A stretch of 64,000 nucleotides of DNA from Magallana gigas (GCF_963853765.1 NC_088861.1:7068001-7132000), one strand, 5' to 3'. Shown: positions 47,369-61,726, counted from the stretch's first letter. Program-made: numbers and translations. The notes: generated from the sequence alone by a model not told the origin.

Positions 47369-50300
47369 ATGTTTCGAGAAGCTGTGTTTGGATTGATTTT
47401 AGCATTTCTAGTCACCTGCATTATTCTGCAAGAGAAGCGATTCGAGGAATTGGATTCAGCACACAGCCATTTGTGGAATAGAATAGAAGAACTGACGCAG
47501 GCTAACCAGAATTTGTCAAATATTGTTCATGGTTTGTATTGATTGCATGGTTGGCTGATCTGGGTTTAACCGACAAAGTTGTTTTAAATAGATGGCTTTT
47601 GTTATTCTCGGAACCCCCTTTGGTCTTAGCCGTCGGATTTGTTATTGGTACTTTCGGAACACCACCCCAGCCTTCGGTTTGTTTGGTTATATTTCGGCTA
47701 ATTCCGTCCGTATTGTTTATCCACGATCTGTTAGAGAGGAGGCCGAAACATGCCCCGTTTTGATAATATCAATGTTTTGGTAAACCAATTTTTGCGCTCG
47801 GAAACATTTTTACTTATAATTTTATATTTACTTATAATTAAACAAACCCATAAATTATTTACTATTTGCAAGAGTCTCTTTCCGCCAGTTGCTGATGACT
47901 ACAAAAATGCAATACAGACTTTTCACATTATGGAAGGGGCTATACACGTATATATGTGTGTTTGACGACGTTTAACATTCGAATGTACCTGTAAAAACCA
48001 ATTCCTTTACTATACATGTACGTACAACTATAACGAGAATTTGCCAAAGTTATGTTGTAAATTACAACATGAAGTTGTAAATTTTGTATCAATTAACTGC
48101 CATCTGGTACATTCAAAATGTACAACATAATCACTACACTAGAACTCCATAAACTTTTGAATTATTAGTAATTCATTATCTAAAATAATATTTCTCTTCT
48201 ATAACATTTAAAGAAAGATCCCCCCCCCCCCCCCAAAAAAAAAAGTATCCACCGATAATTAACTATTTTGTTAGCCTTAAAGTTTGTCCAGAATAATGAC
48301 AAATTAATGTGTTTAAAAGCCAGTACTTACAACTAACATCACCAGACAGTGACTAACAATTAGCAGAAACACTACATATAGTTTTTAGCTGTAGAAGTAA
48401 TGTAGCTCTGCGGGAAATTCGGATTGACAGACTGTTGATCTACGGTCCGTCAACCCAAATTTCCTGTAGAGCTACAGCTCTGCAGCAACATTGTTTTGTG
48501 AGGTTTTCGTAGGCCTGATACCTTCAATTTTAGCTGTCTGTTTTATTTTACAAGAGAGGAAATTCAAGGAACTGGAATCATCCCATACACATTTACTGGA
48601 AGCGGTTGCAAACCTTACACTTGCAAATACGAATTTGTCAAAAATAGTTCAGGGTAAGTTTTGGGTAAGTTTTGATTGATTTAGATTTACTTTTTCATTT
48701 CATCGGAAATGACGTATGCACATCGTCATTACCTTCTACAGATTAGACTTATCAGATTCTTGCTTCTATCTAATCAAATGAACCTTATAGACCAAATAAG
48801 GAGAGGTGTCAAAGGTCGTCGCTTTTTATTTTAGCTTTTTAATAAATGTACATGTATAACATACTGATTGATGTACAATATCTTGTATATTTTACTTATT
48901 TCAGGTGAAAAAAAACCCATGTTTTAAATTGATATTTCTTGCATGTCAACATAGTCATGTTGTATGTTGACATAACTATCTTGCATGTCAACATATTTAT
49001 TTTGCATGTCGACATATTTGAAAGAAAAATAACTTGCACACAAGGGGCAGAGATACGCCACCGTAATAGCGAGAATTGACCAAAAGTTATGTTGTAATTT
49101 ACAACATGAAGTCCGGCAGTTGTAGGTTTTGTATCAATTGACTGCCACCTGGTAGTAGGTACATTCAGAATTTACAACATTACACTAAACAAAACTCCAC
49201 AAACTTTTGAATTATGAGTAATTCAACCTCTAAATATTTTTTTCTCTTCTATAACATTTAAAGAAAGATTTTTTTCCCAAAAAGTATCCACTGCGAATGA
49301 ACTATTTTATTAGCCTCAAAGTTTGTCCAGAATAAAGACAAATTAATTTGTGTTTAAAAGCCAGTACTTGCAACTAACATGACCAGACAGTGACTAACAA
49401 TTAGCAGAAACACTACATATAGTTTTTAGGCGTAGAACTGTACCTCTACGGGAAATTCAGATTGACAGACTGTTGATCTAAGGTTCGTCAACCCAAATTT
49501 CCTGTAGAGCTACAGTTCTGCAGCAACATTGTTTTGTGAGGTTTTTGTAGGCCTGATACCTTCAATTTTAGCTGTCTGTTTTATTTTACAAGAGAGGAAA
49601 TTCAAGGAACTGGAATTATCCCACACACATTTACTGGAAACGGTTGCAAACCTTACACTAGCAAATACGAATTTGTCAAAAATAGTTCAGGGTAAGTTTT
49701 GGGTAAGTTTTGATTGATTTAGATTTACTTTTTCATTTCATCGGAAATGACGTATGCACATCGTCATGACCTTCTACAGATTAGACTAATCAGATTCTTG
49801 TTTCTATCTAATCAAATGAACATTATAGACCAAATAAGGAGACGACTGGTGTTAAAGGTCGTCGCTTTTTATTTAAATTTAGCTCTTCAATCAATGTACA
49901 TGTATAACATACTGATTGATGTACAATATCTTGCATATCTTACTCATTTTATGTGAAAAACCTGCTCTTCATTGATATTTCACAAATAAACTGTTCCTTA
50001 TTGCTGTTTCACAAATACAAAAGAAAATAATTGCAATATCTCGCATTTATGAAACAAAGATAGCATTTAAGTGATTGAATTTTTTTTCAAGTTTAGGTTA
50101 AATGCACATTTTATAAGTAAGACAACTTCTATTGGGATAATTATTATTGTTGCATTATTCAAAGCTAATTATTAATTTGCATAGACTTCTAGAACGTTTT
50201 GACACCACAAAGTATGCATTATATTGAAATGCAAATTAAAACTTCATTTGGTAACTCATGAAAAAGGCAAATTTAAAAAATGGGCGTTTAGATCTAGAGG

Positions 50301-50774
50301 TATTTTCCTGCATTTGACATGTAGTGAATACACCATGTACCAGCCAATAAGTTGACATATTTTCTTTCAATAGACTCTTCGAAGAAAGTAGCCTTCACAG
50401 CCGGAACATCCGGTGCAGGGAATATCGGGACCGGAAGTATAATAGCTTTTCCGGTTGTGATAAACAATGAAGGCGGTGGATACAATCCGGGTACCGGGGT
50501 ATTTACCGCCCCCACATCCGGTCAATACGTCTTCTTTGTAAGTGCACAGGGCTATGGAAGCAATACACTGTACGTCAGCATCGTTCACAATGGCGGAGCA
50601 AAGGTCATGACTATGTCGGACGGAGGGCGGGGGAAAGATTTCTACGACTCCGGGACGAACTTGGCGGCTCTGAATTTACAGCAGGGGGACACAGTGTGGG
50701 CCAAGTGCCAAAGTGGGTCGTCTTACTACAGCGAGGGAATTCCTATTACAACATTTTCTGGTTTTCTCATATGA
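47369..50774 (+). CDS. C1q domain-containing protein, paralogue A (signal/TM segment, short coiled coil, globular C1q)
   Basis: Exon 47369-47531 (MFREAVFGLILAFLVTCIILQEKRFEEL..., phase-1 donor) joins in frame to exon 50374-50774 (VAFTA...FPVVINNEGGGYNPGTGVFTAPTSGQYVF...LQQGDTVW...TTFSGFLI*), which carries canonical gC1q motifs. Confidence 0.88.
48033..49962 (+). repeat. About 1.04-kb tandem duplication (about 48033-48915 and 49070-49962), each copy carrying a 168-bp C1qDC first-exon homologue
   Basis: Near-identical copies with exon-like segments at 48486-48653 and 49524-49691, both ending in CAGG|gtaagt. Confidence 0.85.
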
Positions 50775-51041
50775 AATATAACGTCACCAACTACAGAGCT
50801 TTAAAAATTATGATTCCAATGAGCATATATAGAGATTCTCGATAGATACACTCGATAGATACACTCGATAGATACACTCGATAGATAAACTCGAACGTGT
50901 ACATTTTTTTAACATGTGGTATTATGAAACGAATACTGGTATGAAAGTTGATGTCATATGATTTCACTTAGGTTGGTCTAATTATAGATGAAGTAAAAAT
51001 TTAAATATTTTCTCAAGAGAAAACGATTGCATTACTGCCGT

Positions 51042-53224
51042 TGTTGTATAGCAGTTTTTCCCCCATAGTAGCTTTTCCCCCCGGAAAACCTACTATATAG
51101 TAGCCTTTCCCCCCCGGGGGAGAAGCTACTATATAGTAGCTTTTCCCCCATAGTAGGGTTTCTCCCTCACGTTTTTGGTTCAGATATTATAAAAAATATT
51201 TATGGAAATCCAGTAAGGATTAAAATCAATGTTTCTACACTCCCAGGTTGCATACATGTATATCTGCATTCATCTGTACAGGTTAAGTTTCGTTTTGCCG
51301 ATTTATTATTTTTATAGACAATGCTAAAAGTTGAACATGTGTGTAATGGAATTACACATAGAACTTAATTTAGGTAATTTATTGAAAAAAGTTTTACAAG
51401 TTATACACTTATATGCATAATTCTGTGTTCTGAAATTGTATTAAACGAGAATGTTTTAAGAATTTCTTGATAAATTTATCAGACTGTTTGTCTGTTTGTG
51501 AAATTTCATCCAGGCTAAACCTCTGTTTTAGAGAAATTTGGTTTCCGATGTTTCAGAGCCCGATTTTAAAATCCTATTATAATAATTATAGTGCATATTC
51601 TTTAGGGTCCAATGTCTCATAAACTAGAGATGACCATATCACCATATTTTTATCGTGGCAGTGGTTTACCACTTGAAGATGACTCTGAAAATTTCAGCCC
51701 TCAGGGTAGGGGCCCTTGAAGTTTCAGGGCCCAATGTATAAAACCCCATTATAATGATTGAATAGTGTTCTATAAGTGATGACCCGAATCTCAAATTCTA
51801 GAGATGACCAATTAACCATATTTTCACAGTGATAGTGGTATACCACTAGTAGATGACACCGAAAATTTAAGCCCCTATGCAGGGTAGGAGCCTTTGTTGT
51901 TTTCTAGCCCGATGTTTGAAATCCAATTATAAAGAATATGTATTTTTTAGGGCCCCATATCTCAAAAACTATAGATGACCACATGAACATATTTTTACGG
52001 TCATTTAAAAGTAAAAACATCATTTAGAAATACACAATCACTCATATATTTCTTTATCAAAATGATTGAAAATTACGTTTAATTCTGCTGCTTTTTTTTT
52101 TAAATTAACGAACAAAATTTTTTAAAAAGGTACGCGGGTAAAATTCATTATCATTAAAAGTGGAAAAATTAGCAAATAGTGAGTGACAATATAATCAGGC
52201 TCCATTTCACATTTTCCAAAGTAACCAGCAAAGATATCGACATTGTTCTGGTTGTGAAGACATTTCATTGTTTTTTAAAATGTTTACATCATAATATCTC
52301 GCGTTTCGTAGAAATGTGCTTAAAATATGAATATGCGTAACTTTAAAACGAAATTGTAAACACTAACTTTACACATGCTTTTAATACATAATTAAAATAC
52401 CCCCTTAACCATAATTTAGAACCCCATCAATCAAAGTAAAACTAAAACATTTCAGTTTCTCATCATATCATTGCATCCTGTCTCCCGTTTGATATTTAGA
52501 AGAAGAAATATATAACTGTTTTTAAGATCGTCAATTCTAACGGTATTTATTTAAAATTGATAGCCTTTTGGACGAACGGAGTAATACATTTCCACTTTTT
52601 ATTCCCTTCCTCTACGAAATTAAGTCAAGATTGGTCAGTTAGTTTCCTGGGAGAAGCTTATACATTGATGGTAATACATTGGAAAATTGGATTTACAAAC
52701 CGGCGTATTTTCACTCAAATGTGTTCTCACGTGTTCATAACGTCGAAGTCAAAACTGTAGATAAGCATCGATTAGATGAAAAAGATTCGAGGTAAATCCG
52801 TGTAAAAGGTGTTCCAAAAAGGGGTCAGAACAGGTGAAATAAACGATGATGACACTTGCATGTTATGAAGGCGCATGCCTTAGTTCATATTTGGGGTTGG
52901 AAAACCATGTATTTTATTCTATGTATATATAAATGCCATAATAATCCTTTTTTGTGAGAAATTAATATCATATCAGTTATTGCAAATTATTGTCACGAAT
53001 GGTCCGCAATAAACATGGCCGGAAAGTAAAAATGGGGGAAAGTCCACTATATAGTAGGTTTTCCGTGGGGGTAATCTGGCTATAAAAAGGGGGAAATCCC
53101 ACTATATAGTCAGCTTTCCGTGGGGGAAAAACTGCTATATAGCCACTTTTCCGGGGGGAAGAACTGCTATATAGCCATTTTTCCGGGGGGAAAGATGGCT
53201 AGGGGGAAAAGGCACTATATAACA
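51042..53224. mobile_element. Non-autonomous Ginger-like DNA transposon
   Basis: TGT...ACA termini with CTATATAG-rich subterminal repeats and a 4-bp TSD CCGT (51038-51041, 53225-53228). The homologous empty site is seen downstream of paralogue B (about 58827-58845). Confidence 0.8.
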
Positions 53225-53535
53225 CCGTCAACATTAAACTATCGCATTTATAATAAACAAAAGTTTAAGGGTTTAACATTACTATATTGAGTGCTATTTT
53301 GTGCAACGTTTACAATGTCGTGAAATTGATGTAATTTTGTGTGATATTCTACTTAGTTTATAATTATTTCTGCTGAAAAAATATAAGCACAATACTGATT
53401 TTTATATTAGTTTATTTGATCATTGCATGATGAACCGTATTAAAGCAAATTTATAAATGCAAATGTAATTATTCTGGTATAAATGCATTTAGACTGTGTT
53501 CATGAATGTCGCGTAATTACCTGAAATACAAGATT

Positions 53536-53608
<73 letters not shown>

Positions 53609-53916
53609 CTTTCCGATATATTTCATTCATTTTATCAAATAAAATATACAACATGGTACAAATTTTGATTATTAGTAATTTAATTTTTTGTAAAGGACAG
53701 TAGTAGCAGCAGCAGCAGCGGCATCAGTAGTACTAGAAGTAGCGGTAGAGGTATCTATTAGTCTTAAAACTATGTCAAACATTATTTAAAACAATAAAGT
53801 AAGCCTAAACTGTGCATCTTTCATCAAACAATTAGTCAGTAAGTAAAAAAGGTACATGTAATATGGAACGTTACCCTATTTGTCTAAAAAGCAACGTAAC
53901 AACGTAAAACCACGTA

Positions 53917-54023
53917 CATGTGTTACATTAAAAGTTTAAAATTTATCAATTTAAACTTAACTACATGTATAACAGTTTCCTAAGTTTAAATTGATAAATT
54001 TTTAACTTTTAATGTAACACATG
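53917..54023. repeat. Palindrome with about 43-bp arms
   Basis: CATGTGTTACATTAAAAGTTTAAAATTTATCAATTTAAACTTA ... TAAGTTTAAATTGATAAATTTTTAACTTTTAATGTAACACATG. Confidence 0.75.
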
Positions 54024-55655
54024 TAACAACAGGTGCGTAACTATTTGAGCGAGAAAGCTTCAGAAATTATAAGAAAATTAATACAGCAAACGACTATTCA
54101 TGTCAGCGAGTAAGGAGGTAGGCACCTAAGTGATTATGTTGGCAAATAAGGAAGCGAGGAATTAGGAACGTACCTCTGCAATTGTATCAGCAAGTAAAGC
54201 TATCCTTATAAAATGTGTGTTTGAAATTGCCCCCTTGAAATTTCCAGATCCAGGAGGGAGGGATTTTTTAAGTTTTTGTCTGTGATAACACTACGAGTCG
54301 TTTTGTACTATACAGATCAATAAATTCAAATGAAATTATTGGGGCACAAGCGGAGTTTGCATACTTAAAATTCTAATTTTAATCGTTAACTGCTGAAATT
54401 TAAATATAAGTAATAAGTAGTAGTTTATTGGCGTATACATTTATTACATACATTCCCATAACAAAAATTTAATCGTACTTTACAATAATTGTGGGAGGCA
54501 GGTTATATAAATATATATATACAAAGTATATAGTGGATGAAAAATATCAAGAAGACCAACAAAGTAGTAGTTATGTAAACTTAATTTACGCTTAATAAGG
54601 AATCATTCTTTGAATATTATGAGGTGATAATTTCGGTCGAGGCCTAGGCGTGATCAAATCTATCATAAACCCCCCTCGGGCTTTATTGGATTTGATCACA
54701 CCCGACCAATTGTATTCAATTCTTTATTCACTCAAGACCAGTCCACATGTATTTGAAGTTAAGCATACCCTAAGTATATACAAATGAACACAAAAACAGT
54801 CAAGGATCACATGTACATTAGAAGTAATTAAGATGAAAAAAGTTGAGTTTACACTACAGTACGTAGGTTGTATAAGTTTGTTTTTGGAAGAGCACACTTT
54901 TTCTCAATAAATCTTGACAATATTTTTAGTTCCTTTTTTTCACATTATAAGTATTCATTAGCTCGTTATATTTTATAATATTTTTGAGTTTTAACAGTAT
55001 CTCTAGGACAAAAACATTTTTCTATCGTTTGCAAAATGTGTACATTCCAAAATATAATTAGATTCATCCCTAATACTAATACTGTGAGTCACACAGTGTA
55101 CATTTTCTTAAATTTTTGTCAATATAGAGCAATCTATTTCGATGGTTACATGTTCGTAATTTTGCAAACGCGATCTGTAGATCTGTAGCTAAAATCAACA
55201 AGTACTTTTCTAAATTGAAATTTGTTTTAAAATTTCTTTAATTATTGCATTTTAATGAGTTATCTACTATATTTCTCCAGTCATGTACAATTTGATTTTG
55301 TTATATTTCTTTAACAATTGAATTAAGCCAGTTATAACTGCATATTTTTTGATTTTCTCATATATATAAGACAACACGCATGAGTTGAGTATATCATGTG
55401 TACATTTTATCCATGGTTGTATTTGTAACATCTATAAAAATAACAACATATTACATTAGTGAGTTTACAATCGTGGGCTGTCAAAACTTCCGCACAGTAC
55501 ATATTATCATTTTAATGATAACAAAGAGTGAAAAAGGATACCTTCCACCTTCTCCATGCACCTTACAGATTGGAGTACTAGATTTTTCAAAAATTTTAGA
55601 TGTACTTTTTCGATAATATCTATAACTATATTTTCGTAACCCCACACTTCACACG

Positions 55656-56106
55656 CACTGGCGTCGGAAGCAAATTGAAAGTGGGGGCGGTGGGGGGGGG
55701 GGGGGGGGCTAGACTTATCCTCAGAAATATAGAGAAAAAAGTAATTCCCAAAATCAGGGAAATCCTAATCCGTGTGTGTGTGTGGGGGGGGGGGGGGGGG
55801 GGGGGAGTATACCTATACTTCCAAAAAAAAAAATTACTTACCCCAATTTTTTTTTCAAAATCATGAAATTCATATTCCGGGGGGGGGGGGGGGGGGGGGG
55901 GGGGCTAGTATGCTTCTGAATCCAACTTGTCTATCTTTCAAGGCAAACTTTGGAACAATAATCTTCCCTGCGAATAAAAGTGGGGGGGGGGGGGGCTGAA
56001 CCCTCTATCATGCTATGTTTCTAATGGTTAGGTATAACTTTGCAAAAAAAGTGGGGGGGGGGGGGCTAAGCCCCCCTAGCCCCCCCCCCCGGTTCCGACG
56101 CCTATG
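55656..56106 (+). mobile_element. Poly-G-rich MITE with 5-bp TSD
   Basis: TIR CACTGGCGTCGGAA / TTCCGACGCCTATG, flanked by the direct repeat ACACG (55651-55655, 56107-56111). Confidence 0.8.
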
Positions 56107-56400
56107 ACACGAGTAAAATTGGGTTAATGACTTTGTCAAATAGGTCTATTTGACAATTAATAGGTAGGTTAAAATAACGTATTTTTCGTACCATATAATG
56201 CCTTTGACGTTAGCTTGTTCTACTTAATGCTTCTCAGCATTATTCAATTTTCCACTTCTTGAAAAAAAAACACTACCCAAATAGCAAAATGATTTAACGT
56301 TTTCAATTCTTACTCCAAAAATACAATAATTAACGCTGGGATATTGGTCCTTTTGAGGAAATAAGGATCTTTGTTTGACCAAAATAAGTGAATCAAAGTA

Positions 56401-56485
<85 letters not shown>

Positions 56486-57080
56486 TAAGTATATAGAACG
56501 AATAGAAGGATGATGTTGGCGTTACATTAAAAGATCAAAATCATAGTATTCTAACACTTAACTAATAATACTAGTGGTTGAGTACAGAATTCTGTGATTT
56601 AAAACTTAATTTTAATATAACGGAAGTATTTGTAATCTTACAGAAAATAGAAGTAGAGGAAGTTTTAATAATTAATTTAATTGAGTCAATAATTAAGAAA
56701 GAAATGATAATTAATTGAGTCAGCTAACAAGAAACTGACCTCAATAAAAAAAAATCTGCAATTGATCCAGTCAGTTAGAAATGACAAAGAGCAATGTTTT
56801 TTTTAAAGAAAATGTTAGAAAAGGAGTTTTCTGCTTGGATACTCATTAAAAAAAGGTAAATATTTACCGATACGATATGTATTTGAATATTGGATTAAAT
56901 CAGTTACGGACAATTTCATGCAGGTTGGCATTAACGACTTTCAATCGAGTCATTCAAAAATTGTTTCATTGTCTGATCTGTCATGTACAATTATAACGGA
57001 CAGTAGTTTTAAATGACCCCCGATATAAACAGGAACTGACTTGCACTTAAGAGAAATCAGTCTACAGAACCGCTGCTGAC

Positions 57081-58602
57081 ATGTTGCAAGGAGTGATTCT
57101 TGCATGCCTAGTCGCCTGCATTATTCTGCAAGAGAAGCGATTCGAGGAATTAGAATCAGAACACAGCCATTTATGGAATAAAGTAGAAGACCTGACCCAG
57201 AATGGTTTGTATTCATTGCATGGTTGGCATGATCTGTGTTGTACCACTATTCGGAACACACTGGTCTTGGCCATTGACATTTTCAGAACACCCTTTGGTC
57301 TTAGCCATCGGACTTGTTATTGGTGTTCGGGCGCAGCTGTCGGGTTTGTTATTCGTTACGGCCTGAACGTTTTCAGTTTATTTCAAGGTGTTTTGGGACA
57401 CCTACCAGTATTAATGTGGATAAAAGTGCACTATAATCAAAATACTTTTACTGGTTTAAAACTCAAAATAGATTTAATTTTTTTTTGAATGGTTAAGATT
57501 ACAAAAGGCCGTGCTGTATTCAATCTCTTGACTTACAGATTCGTAGTCAACGCTGAAACCCATTGCGCCAAGTGTTAGGTAATTATTATGGGTAAGAAAA
57601 GATTGTAAAATTATACTTGATTTATTGTTTATTTCGATATATATAGGAAGTACATGTACGTTACGATATGGAAGTGTCCCATACTACCTTAATTAATTAT
57701 TCCCGATCTGTCAGAGAGAGACGAAACATGCTTCGTGTTGTAAAATGATTTGTTTCATGAAACGATCTACAAATCGATCGATTTTGTAATGTAAAATCCA
57801 ATACAATTCACGAATGACTATTTTAATCTTTAATCGTAAACACTGCTGAAAATCACATAGACATTAGTAATAAGATATCATATTTGAATATCATGAAGTG
57901 ATCAAATACTGTCGGGCATAATCAAATATATCATACAGCCCTTCGGGCTTTATTGGATTTGATCACCCCAACCGTATTTGATTGCCTCATAATACTCAAA
58001 GAATGACTTCTTATTCCTTGAATTAAAAAACCCCAACATTTAAGTTTACTGTCAACTAGCGTCATTTCCCGCGAAATGCAGATTATCGCAAAATAATAAT
58101 TTATACAAACTTTGCACTATATACTATACTAGTATATGTTGACATAGAGTGAATACACAATGTACCGACTGAGAAGTTGACATTTTTTTTCTCATCGATA
58201 GGCTCTTTGAATAAAGTGGCCTTCACAGCCGGAACATCTGGTGCAGGGAATATCGGGACCGGAAGTACAATAGTGTTTCCGGTGGTGATAAACAACGAAG
58301 GCGGTGGATACAATCCGGATACCGGGGTATTTACCGCCCCCAGATCCGGCCAGTACGTCTTCTTTGTAAGTGCACAGGGCTATGGAAGCGACACACTGTA
58401 CGTGAGTATCGTCCACAATGGCGGTGCAAAGGTCATGACTATGTCGGACGGAGGGCGGGGGAAAGATTTCTACGACTCCGGGACGAACTTGGCGGCTCTG
58501 AATTTACAGCAGGGGGATACAGTGTGGGCCAAGTGCCACAGTGGGTCGTCATTCTACAGCGAGGGAATTCCTATTACAACGTTTTCTGGTTTTCTCATAT
58601 GA
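57081..58602 (+). CDS. C1q domain-containing protein, paralogue B
   Basis: Exon 57081-57204 (MLQGVILACLVACIILQEKRFEEL..., AAT G|gtttgt) joins exon 58202-58602. Its gC1q exon differs from paralogue A at about 10 of 133 residues. Confidence 0.88.
57880..58020. mobile_element. Palindromic MITE-like element in the paralogue B intron (related partial copy at about 54594-54715)
   Basis: TTTGAATATCATGAAGTG...GGGCTTTATTGGATTTGATCAC...CCTCATAATACTCAAAGAATGA shares its core with 54594-54715. Confidence 0.55.
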
Positions 58603-59133
58603 AATATGACGTCACCAACTACAGAGCGTTAAAAATTATGATTCCAATGAGCATCTATAGAGACTCTCTGAGAGTCTTACATAAACTCGAACGTGTGCAT
58701 TTTTTATGAACATGTGACAATATGAAACTGGTATGAAAGTGGGCGTCATATGGTTTAGCAAAGATAATGGTTTAACTATAAATGAAGTAAAGTTCATATA
58801 TTTTCTAAAAAAAAAAAGAAGAATGCATTACTGACGTCAACATTAATCTTTTGCATTTTAATAAATAAAAGTTTAGGGGTTTAATGTTACAATATGTGTT
58901 GGAATTTTATGCAACGGTTATGTGATGTAATTTTGTGAAGTTTTCTACTTAGATGATTTTACTGAAAAAATATAAGCACCATACTTATATTTTTATATTA
59001 GGCTATTTGATCATTTGTGAACTGAATTAAGACATATTTAATTTATAAATGCAAATGTAATTATTCTGGTATAAATGCATTTTGATTGTGTTCATGAATG
59101 TCGCTTACATTTAAATACCTGAAATGCAAGATT

Positions 59134-59182
<49 letters not shown>

Positions 59183-60454
59183 ACAGGCAGCGGCATCTAT
59201 TATTCAATTATTCATAAAACTGTGTCAAACATTACTGTTTAAAGCCATAAATTAAGCCTAAATTGTGTATCTTTCAGCAAAAAATAAACTAATTATTATT
59301 TTACTTGTGTTATGTGATTCACCTCTAAATAATTGAAATATTTTTGCAGAGACATGACCCGTTTTATCAAACCAATTCAATCTTGCCGTAAGAGAGTTTA
59401 TAGTTTATTTGTTTTAGTCTTTAATTTTGGAAAGTGGATTTTAATATCGACTATTCTTTCATTCACACGTTGTAGGTAAACGATATATCCTTGCGTTTCC
59501 ATGGTTTATAATTATTGAGAAAACTTCCAACAATTCCTCAATGTATTACATGTATTGATATTTGAGTTTTATTTCATCAATTACAATGATAGATGTAAAT
59601 GCTTTAGTTTTGGGTTCTATTGCACCTTGGTTTATATAACACCCCCATATTAAATGAACACAAATGAAATTGACAAAGTTACCATCCAACCCTTACCCAG
59701 GTGATATGGATATCAATGACATCAAAGTTTTACTTAAAACAACTCTCAGTAGTAGATGTATTCATTTAATTTGATTCTATATGATAAAATAGCCTTTGAT
59801 ATAAAATGACAAATTTATGGCTTAACGTTTACTTATATAGTCACAAAACATTGCACGCCTTGTACATCTCAAACGTTCAAACCACTAAAACCAAATATAA
59901 CTTTACGTTTCAGATATATAAACGCTAAATACGTTTTGTACAATACAATGCAAAGAAATTATTCAAGATCTCAAATCTTATGATCTTGACGTCCTATCAA
60001 CGAACGAAAACGTAACAAATGAGAGATTTTTTCACATCCAAGCAGCAATGACTCTTAAATGTAAACGCCTGTGTTAGTTTAATGCTTGGTGTAATAAATT
60101 ATGGGCGTTATATCTTCTCTTGCAAAAAATAGATTATGTAAATAACATTTGCGATTATCTTTACTCGATTTCAAAAATGTAGTATTGAGAAGATAACGTT
60201 TGACTTGAAAGTTGATTGCCTTTCTTTGTTAAAAAATACAAAAAGATTTCAAGATGTAGTCGTGTCATCTTAAAAGCAATGTTCTCATGTTTGGTGAAAT
60301 TTAATTTTTTTTTGATGGTCATATACTTCAAATATACTTCAAAGAGTATATAATGAAACACACCCAAAGAACAAAAATAAAAAGAGTGTACTTTATTGTA
60401 CATTATCAAATTTTCGAGAAAACCTCATTGTAGATGTGTTCAAAAGAAAAGGAT

Positions 60455-60815
60455 TTACAACCTCGCTTCCAACTATTAGCAGTTCATAAAACGGCGATAT
60501 TCTGGTATTTCCTGTAGTCACGTTCATACGATACAACCCAAGTATCGTGGGTATTTACTGCATCCATAGCAGGGGAATATGTCTTCTTCGTCAATGTTCA
60601 GGGTTTCAAAGTTCTTGCCATCTACGTGGAAAATCGCGCAGAATGGAGAGACACGGGTGAGGGCATTGGCCTATACAAATTACAACGCAGGACACAAAGT
60701 CACTGTGCTGACCCTTCAGGCAGGAGACAGACTGGGATTCAAACACATGCAGGACACAGTATTTTGCCGAATTCCTCAGACCTTCTTCTATGTACTCCGG
60801 TTTTCTCATTTGATT
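60455..60815 (+). pseudogene. Frameshifted gC1q pseudo-exon
   Basis: C1q motifs are spread over different frames: [33 protein letters not shown]...TVLTLQAGDR and YSGFLI*. Confidence 0.7.
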
Positions 60816-61726
60816 TCAGATACCAACGAAGAAACTGTCAATACGGTGTCCTGTGTTGGGGCTGCAAGTCTCGGTCCAAATTGATATACTAGTATTTGAA
60901 TAACTAGTACTGCACTGACTAGTATAGCTTTTATGTATCCAATGATAAACACAATTACCCAAGTATCTGTTTGTATCATTGACGGGCAATTAATGAGTCT
61001 CAGGGAAAGGCAACGAATAGTTTACTGGCATATTTTTAATGTGTATGATTTTTACACGGTCTCGTTCATGTTACTTTGACCTGTCTGACAGATGGTCAAA
61101 ATGGTTCTACCGAATATTTTGTACTTTTATAGAAACAAATAAATTGAAATTAGTTGCTTGCTGTGTTTTTACTCAAAATGAATTTGTATGCAAGAAACGC
61201 ATGTAAAATGTTTAAAATACTAATTTCATAAACACAAAATGCTACTTAAAGAATAGTAAATTATTTACTTAGAAATAATATATTGTAATACGAATATGGC
61301 AAATTGTCGTCAAATCATCTGTTAATTATTAGTTTGTTATCTCAGGATTCCCATTTTTGAACTCCTTGTAATAAAAGGGGGAACACTTGAACAGCTCTCG
61401 AGTGCTATGTTATGTAAACGAATTTTAAATGCACCTAACTCGTAACATGTTAAGCAACACGATATTCTACTCAAATTTAACAATTTATTTCACTTGTTTT
61501 GTATTCAAATAGGTTATTTGACAAGTTCAAAGAACTATATAAATCAAACATCTTCATATCATGCAAAACTGTTTGAAAATATCTGAGGAAAAAGCTATTT
61601 TCTGCAGATTTACATAAGGACAGGGCATCGTTTTTGGTTCGAGAAGTGTTTAACATTTAGTCTTGAAAACGCTTTTTCTACATACAGTTTCTTTTACATT
61701 CTCTCTTTTATTGATTTACATCGGAG

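Noticed and set aside
55600-55999. Gly-rich ORFs
   Set aside because: These are translations of poly-G runs in the MITE.
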